Assembly: GCA_964016885.1 (NCBI GenBank)
Contig: OZ024752.1
Coordinates: 8,804,001 to 8,868,000, forward strand
From: Eledone cirrhosa
Taxonomy: Eukaryota
Length of the DNA stretch: 64,000 nt
Direction: 5' to 3'
Shown one piece after another: positions 56,730 to 64,000 of the stretch. The notes under the pieces are model-generated. The model made no database searches. It worked only from the letters and a program-made list of their open reading frames with translations, and had not been told where the DNA came from. Position numbers and translations under genes: made by a program. Numbering within the stretch: position 1 is the stretch's first letter; the number at the start of each line of letters is the position of its first letter.

Positions 56730-56889
56730 ATTCAAATTTATCAAGTTTTGTCACTAAAGAATATCGAAGAGCCTTCTAGCCTGAAATTGATCGATGTTCG
56801 TCGCCTGAGTGCATACAGACATGGTTGGATAACGTTTACAGTGGTGAGTGCTCTGCTCTCCTGGGTGAATAAAACTTCACCCAACTACG
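56730..56889 (+). CDS. admp: ADMP prodomain exon (phase 0 to 1)
   Basis: Acceptor ttgcag and donor gtaggt. Encodes IQIYQVLSLKNIEEPSSLKLIDVRRLSAYRHGWITFTVVSALLSWVNKTSPNY(G), with the BMP propeptide 'YQV..L.D.R..GW..F.V..A..W..N.G' pattern. Confidence 0.9.
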
Positions 56890-56941
56890 GTAGGTTTTCC
56901 TGTTATTGTTAGCTCTTGCTACTGATAAGTAGTTTAAGTAA

Positions 56942-57305
56942 GGTTTACTATACTCTATAGGGTACTATACTCTATAGGTTTACTATACTCTATAGGGTAC
57001 TATACTCTATAGGGTACTATACTCTATAGGGTACTATACTCTATAGGTTTACTATACTCTATAGGGTACTATACTCTATAGGGTACTATACTCTATAGGG
57101 TACTATACTCTATAGGTTTACTATACTCTATAGGGTACTATACTATATAGGTTTACTATACCCTATAGGGTACTATACTCTGTAGGGTACTATACTCTAT
57201 AGGGTACTATACTCTATAGTTTACTATACCCTATAGGGTACTATACTCTATAGGGTACTATACTCTATAGGGTACTATACTCTATAGGGTATTATACTCT
57301 ATAAG
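56942..57305. repeat. 17/18-bp minisatellite (GGGTACTATACTCTATA)n
   Basis: Direct inspection. Confidence 0.95.
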
Positions 57306-57541
57306 GTATTATTATACGACAGGTAGCTGAGGGGTTGGACAAAAGTTTTCAAACAGATAATATAAGGTAAAAGAGACTAGGGAGGGGGTGGGTGGGTTAA
57401 AGGAGGTGTGCATTTGTATGATGTGTGTGTATGTATATATATGTACATGTTAATCTATATATATACATGTATATATTTATTTATATATATATATATACAT
57501 ATTATATATATAAATATATATATATATTTATATAGGTAAAG

Positions 57542-57583
<42 letters not shown>

Positions 57584-58369
57584 TTATATATATATATATA
57601 TTTATAAATGTGTATATATATATATATATATTTATAAATGTGTATATATATATATATTTATAAATGTGTGTGTATATATATATACATACATAACTTTACC
57701 TTTCATCCTTACGGGGTTGATAATCCCCCCCCCCCCCCCCCTCCACACACCACCCACAAAATTGCTGGCCTTGTGCCTAACGTCGAACCCATTATTATAT
57801 CTAGGTTTCTATACAACTATTGTCACACAAATACTAAATATCTAATAAAGTATACTTTTATTTCCAGTCTACATTTTACTAAGTTTATTTATTTTCTTAT
57901 TCACTTTAGAAAAATAATTATAATCATAATTTAATAAAATTACAGCCAATAAATTAATCCACATTTGTATAAATAACATTACAAATATTGATAGAAAAAG
58001 AAAAAAAGAATAAAAACGAAACCAAGCAACGAACAGAGGGAAGAGGTAAAGAAGGGCAGATTTGACTGTATAGGGAAGTAGAAGAAAGGGCTATAAGTGT
58101 TATGAGAGGAAAAGGAAGGAAAAAGCAAGGATTATGAAGCCATGGATGAAAGAGAGGGCGAGGGTAATAGGCTTTATGCCTGGGTCGGGGCGGTGTTTGG
58201 GCTGCTCCCCGCGGACAAAACTACAAGGTTATTTCCGCGGACAATCTTGTACACGAATATTCTCAGCAATGGAGTGACTAAAATATTTTAGAATTTGAAA
58301 TAAAATGTTAATATATTTCCCTAATATTTCTTTCGTTTTGTTTCCCCCTTTTTTAAAATTATAGTTGTC

Positions 58370-58805
58370 ATGGATAGGCAGTATCGGTAGAGGGTCGGAC
58401 GCCATGCTTTGCAGCATAGAGTTACGGCTCTTTATGATCTGAGCTCAAATCCCGCCGAGGTTAAATTTGCCTTTCATCCTTATGGGGTCGATAACATAAA
58501 GTTACCAGTCACGCACTGGGTTCGATTTAATCGACTTTCCCCTCCCCCCAAATTACTGGCCTTGTGCCTATATAAGAAACCATTATTATTATTATTATTA
58601 TTATTATTAGGTCGGTGGATTGGCAGAATCGGTAGAGCGTCGGACGCCATGCTTTGCAGCATAGAGTTACGGGATCGATAAAATAAGATCCTTACGGGGT
58701 CGATAAAATAAAGTACCAATCACGCACTGGGGTCGATTTAATCGACTTCTCCTCCCCAAAATTGCTGGCCTTGTGCCTATATAAGAAAATCATTATTATT
58801 ATTGT
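58370..58805 (+). mobile_element. Two tandem SINE family 1 copies
   Basis: SINE head, core and tail motifs repeated. Confidence 0.85.
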
Positions 58806-58928
58806 TATTGCAGAAAATAAAACCCATTTCTCTTTAAAAATAAAAACAAAAATCTGTCACATATAGTTGAATATTTAAGTAAAACAAAAAATACAAGTTG
58901 ATATTAAATATATCTTTTCATGATTTAG

Positions 58929-59093
58929 GGTTACTTGTTAAAGCTACATTGATGCCTGGTGAACCAATAAATAGCACATTTATACGGTTTGCCCAAAGAA
59001 GAACCCACCATGACAGCAAACAGCCTGTTTTAGTGGTCTTCACGGACGATGGTCTTCAGAAACATCGTAATTACATTTCACCGGCTGATGAAG
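58929..59093 (+). CDS. admp: ADMP prodomain exon (phase 1 to 1)
   Basis: Acceptor tttag and donor gtaaat. Encodes (G)LLVKATLMPGEPINSTFIRFAQRRTHHDSKQPVLVVFTDDGLQKHRNYISPADE; the 'RFA..R.HH.SKQP.LV.FTDD' motif is ADMP-like. Confidence 0.9.
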
Positions 59094-59219
59094 GTAAATA
59101 TTTCATTACCTGACTTTTTGTTTTCTTCACTTATTAATCTATTTTTTTAATGTAAATATTGTTCAGATGCTCATTTAAAAAAAAAAAACATTTTTTTTTC
59201 TGGTGAATTTTCTCTTCAG

Positions 59220-59776
59220 GTTATCAGGAAATAAAGGAAGATATACTACGCCACGAGATGACACAGACTTCGAGAAGACTTGAGTTGAGAAAAGCCATCA
59301 GACTTTTAAATGAAAAAGACAGAACTGCTTACGAACAAAGCCAAGGCATTTTTCCAAATTTCAAATCTCGGCAGAAACGAAGCGTGGGATCCGGATCAGC
59401 TACCAACACCACAAGGCATCGCCGACGTCCCGCACGAAATATTTATCGACGGAAAAAACGTAACTGCGGCCGTTATGAAATGTATGTCGATTTCAGTGCA
59501 ATAGGTTGGTCCGGTTGGATAATTTCTCCGAAAGGTTACAACGCCTATCATTGTGCAGGGGCATGCCCTTTTCCTTTAGGTCAGAGCCACAAACCTACAA
59601 ACCATGCTACAGTTCAAAGTATCGTCCATGCACTGCACGCTGACAAAAATGTACTCACACCTTGCTGTGTTCCTGATAAACTCTATTCCTTAAGTCTGCT
59701 ATATTTCGATGATGAAGAGAACGTTATCTTAAAGCTATACGAAGATATGGTTGCTGCCAGTTGTGGCTGTCACTAG
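59220..59776 (+). CDS. admp: ADMP terminal exon: furin sites and mature TGF-beta/BMP cystine-knot domain
   Basis: Acceptor cttcag in frame; RQKR and RKKR sites. Seven-cysteine domain with YVDF..IGWSGWIISPKGYNAYHC, PFPLGQ..PTNHATVQSI, PCCVPDKL, LLYFDD.ENV.LK.YEDMVA.SCGCH, typical of ADMP. Confidence 0.95.
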
Positions 59777-59881
59777 ATATATACCAGGGCCGTTTATATC
59801 CTCATAAATCTTCTTAGGGAATAATATGAACATCATAAATTCCTTTGTTGTTCCCTATAAATGTAAAACAACATAACTATG

Positions 59882-59931
<50 letters not shown>

Positions 59932-60150
59932 TTATATATATATATAAATTTATATATATATATAAATTTATATATATAAATAAATTTATATATATATAAA
60001 TAAATTTATATATATATATAAATTTATATATATATATATAACTAAATTTATATATATATATATATAAATAAGTTTATATATATACACAAATATATATATT
60101 ATTTGTACAGTTTAAAGTTTAAGCAAAGAATCGCTGCTTTAACCCTTTTA

Positions 60151-60216
<66 letters not shown>

Positions 60217-60669
60217 TCCCAGTGGTAGATGTTTTATCAATAAACATACCAGCCGAGAAATAAGGCCTTTCTTTCTTTGAAGTATTCTAAAGTTGCAGGA
60301 ATGAAGGCCCGCACATCACGTTTGTTGACAGTTGCATAAATCTCTTGCAAACCGATTCAGCGACAAGTTTACTCAATTTTCATCTGCAAACAACCGTTTC
60401 TCTTAAATTTCTGAGTTTCGGTAAATTCATGGAACCAACCACTTTCTATTTTCTCTGTACCAAATCACACCAAGGCGTTCGATTTCTATGAGAGAAGAAA
60501 ACCATTCAAAATGTTCGATCTGCTTATATTTGTTCAATTTCACCTCAGAGTGGAATTATGTTTGTAAGAGGTTTTTTTGAAGGTTTATTTTCCACAAATA
60601 AGCAACTCACTAGAATATTGCATAAACTTATTATTTTTACGCAGAAGACATCTAACCTGGAAGCGAGAC

Positions 60670-60785
60670 AAACCCGCAGAAACCAGCCCTGGTGACCCCT
60701 ATAAAAAAAACCCAGCAGAAACCAGTCCTGATGACCCCTATAACAAACCCGCAGAAACCAGTCCTGGTGACCCCTATAAAAAATT
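60670..60785. repeat. Three copies of a repeat of about 38 bp
   Basis: AAACCCGCAGAAACCAGTCCTGGTGACCCCTATAA-like unit three times. Confidence 0.85.
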
Positions 60786-61133
60786 ATAGATTCTTCACAA
60801 CTGCCTTGCCTCACTTTCTTCTTATAGGTTACACCTCAAATAACTTTGATCCTTTGTAAACACTAGTAAGTTAATCGTGGCAACATTTGGGAGTCAAGTA
60901 GGCCTCACGGTTTCAATTCTTGACTTATCCACATCTCACTTCTACGATTTCCAGTCAGAATCAGTAACCTGGCCAGAATTAGGCTCCACAACAATGACCA
61001 GTGTCTAATATTCTAATATTTTACTCCAAAACGAAGTATTGGTGGTGAGTCATTAACTGTTAAAAAATATTAAACAATTAAGTCAAAACAAAACAGAAAA
61101 CAACATATATACACATAAATAACATATTGAGGG

Positions 61134-61178
<45 letters not shown>

Positions 61179-61690
61179 CACACACACACATATATATATA
61201 TATATGCATACGTATAAACACACACACAAATATATATATACATACACTCTTTGTTATATATATGTATATATGCATATATATATATACGTATATATATATA
61301 TACGTATATATATATACACACATATATATATATACATATATACATATACACACACACATATATATACATATATACATATACACACACATATATATATATA
61401 TATATACATATATTCTATATACAGATTATACTTTCTCCTTGTAAGTGTTCATACTAAAGGTTTTGTACTTTCAGTCGTTGTAAAATGCTTCTTTTTCTAA
61501 ACCCATCAGTCTGATCCATCCATGTATATACATATATATAAAACTAACCACATATGTGAAATTGTGTATTTTAAAGTTTTCATTTCATAGACATGAATTA
61601 TTGCCAAGTTAAATACCAGGTTATCACGTCATACTCAGTCACAAAAACCTTGAAAATGTACCGTCGTTTAGCACACATTCACATACACAC

Positions 61691-61740
<50 letters not shown>

Positions 61741-61743
<3 letters not shown>

Positions 61744-62315
61744 ACTAGGAATTGATCAACATATATATAAATAAATATAAACATGAAAAATCACAGGAGA
61801 TAATTTTTACAAGCGTGTAACCACGCATGGCTAGTAGGTAACAAATAAATAAAGTTAGCTAGAACTTCAAAAATATATACCTTTTAATGATTAATCTTCC
61901 CTGTATATATTTCATTAAAGAAATATATTTCACCAATTAATCAGATGGTAAGTCACGGAAAGTGGATATTATTGGATTATCAACAAGGAAGAACAATATC
62001 AAGCGATCCATGTTTACACTTCGAGTCAACATCTTAAACTGTTGATATTACACATCACAGCGGTTTCGTTTCAGTGGCGTAAATAGGTATTCGACAACTA
62101 GAAATAGCAGTCAATTCCCTTCAACAGAGTTAGCTCTACAATTAAGGAGCAGTATTATATATCAGGTATAAAAAGGTATATATTTTTGAAGTTCTAGTTA
62201 ACTTTATTTATTTGTTACCTACTAGCCATGCGTGGTTACACGCTTATAAAAATTATCTCCTGTGATTTTTCATGTTTATATTTATTTATATATATGTTGA
62301 TCAATTCCTAGTTGT
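61741..62315. repeat. Inverted repeat with arms of about 145 bp and a spacer of about 280 bp
   Basis: 61741-61885 versus about 62168-62315. Confidence 0.85.
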
Positions 62316-62734
62316 TAAAATGCTCGTACTTACAAAGTCCTAGAGCTTATTTTCCGGGCGATATGGCGCATTCCGTTAAGGATTGACACCCATAATTTCG
62401 ATTCTGATTGAATTCTTTTAATCTATCTTAATTTTGGATATAGATATATAGATATATATATATATACATATATATACATATATATATATATATTCAGGTT
62501 TGAGGTTCACCACTGGATAGAACTGGTCAATTCCGTATGGTCAATCTTAATGTAATAATATGGAGGATACTCAACGTAAAGCAGTTCAACCGTCTTTGTT
62601 TTTGTAGTTGGTGGTGCTATTACGGAGTTAAATATTATAATGAAATGACAGGAGGCTGGACTTGTGTAAATCCTTGAAAGGTTTATTTTCAGCCCCATGG
62701 ATTTTATTTATTACATTCACTTATTATATTTCGA

Positions 62735-62792
62735 ATACCTGATGATATCACCGGATTCATACGGAACCCGGTCATTGGAAAGATCATAGTAT
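62735..62792 (+). ncRNA. Hammerhead-like motif in the spacer of inverted repeat 62637-62843
   Basis: ATAC-CTGATGA-tatcaccgg..ccggtcattg-GAAA-gatca-TA-GTAT; stem III is imperfect. Confidence 0.55.
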
Positions 62793-62851
62793 AATAAACC
62801 TTTCAAGGATTTACACAAGTCCAGCCTCCTGTCATTTCATTATATTATTAT

Positions 62852-62894
<43 letters not shown>

Positions 62895-63230
62895 AAAAAG
62901 TATGACCCCGACGGCAGAGCTCAAGCCGTTTCGACGGCTATTTCTAGACTCTAGAAATAGCCGTCGAAACGGCTTGAGCTCTGCCGTTGCGGTCATACTT
63001 GTTCCTAATACCCACTCTACTACCCTAAGTATTGAGTACTCTGGTGCATTATGGTCCATCTGGTTCCTTACCACAATCCCTTCGTTATATATATATATAT
63101 ATAAAAGTTCTATTTAAATTGTTGGGATACAACAAGCAAATATTTTTATAACTGATATAAAGCACTCAACAAATAATTGGAGTAAAAATACGATATTAAC
63201 AAATGGAAACTATATTTATAAAAACATATT

Positions 63231-63295
63231 TATTTCATTATACATATTTCAAGGACACCAAGTTAAATTATGGTGTGCTTTCATCAGATAAAATA
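63231..63295 (-). ncRNA. Minimal hammerhead ribozyme, family A
   Basis: Reverse complement: TATTTTAT-CTGATGA-aagcacacca..tggtgtcctt-GAAA-tatgta-TA-ATGAAATA. Confidence 0.75.
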
Positions 63296-63421
63296 TAATA
63301 TAGAGCAGTTTTATAAATAAATATTGACATACCCTTAAAGAATGCAACCATTACTGTTGGAAGCTCTCTTACATTTGGTAATGGAGTAGTTATATAGTTA
63401 TATTTTGTGTTGTTCACTTTC

Positions 63422-63468
<47 letters not shown>

Positions 63469-64000
63469 ACGAAGGACTATTTTTATCATATGTAACCCAT
63501 GTGCAAACCACGCAGTATTCTTCTTTCTTCTCATGTTTTTTATATATATTTACCTCGGCTGCGTTTGTCTGTTTCTCTCTTACTGCTTCCCCGCTCTCTC
63601 TGTTTCTCTCACCTTCTTTCGCCCCCTCTGTCAGTTACACTTTCTCTCGACTGACCTCTTCCTCACACTTCCACTCACTCACTCTATGTTTCTCCCCTTC
63701 TCACTTCCTCTCGTTTGGCTTGTGTGGGCCTCTTCTTGCTCACATCTCACACACATCAACACGGTCTGTACCTCTCTCGCTCATGAAATCCACCCAGCTT
63801 ATGCTGACCAGGACTAACATGTTGCTTGTTTATTTTCCTATCTTCGGTTTGCTTTTATCCTTCTATGTTGTTTACTTGTCCCCCTCGCCTTACGCGAATT
63901 CTGGTCCCAATAACATTTTTTAGTTATTGCTCGCACCAACCTGAGGTATCTGATTTTTAATGCGATGAAATACCAATGATGGTTGGAAAATCACTGACGA

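Noticed and set aside
59258-59776. BMP2/4 (dpp) as a single-exon gene starting at the ATG at 59258
   Set aside because: The ATG is internal to a spliced exon, and the motifs (GWSGWIISP, PLGQ, LLYFDD, CGCH) fit ADMP better.

Overview
This is AT-rich, microsatellite-saturated animal genomic DNA. The repeat content suggests an octopod cephalopod, which is an inference. The only host gene I can support is a BMP-family ligand, ADMP (anti-dorsalizing morphogenetic protein), on the + strand. Four exons splice in frame (32138-32277, 56730-56889, 58929-59093, 59220-59776); the first coding exon was not found and probably lies upstream of the window. The rest is transposon material: an intact 3' half of a Tx1/L1-clade LINE plus fragments, a deleted RTE LINE with three C2H2 fingers, CRE-like and R4/Dong-like RLE retrotransposon remnants, two tRNA-derived SINE families, MITEs and minisatellites. 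The main unannotated signal is about 15 minimal type I hammerhead-ribozyme motifs (CUGANGA...GAAA-short stem III-UH with a pairing stem I) from several families. They include a 558-bp tandem unit with one hammerhead per unit (retrozyme / Penelope pseudo-LTR-like) and many fold-back palindromes built around hammerhead-bearing units, several inside ADMP introns. All structures were read by eye; no search or folding program was run.
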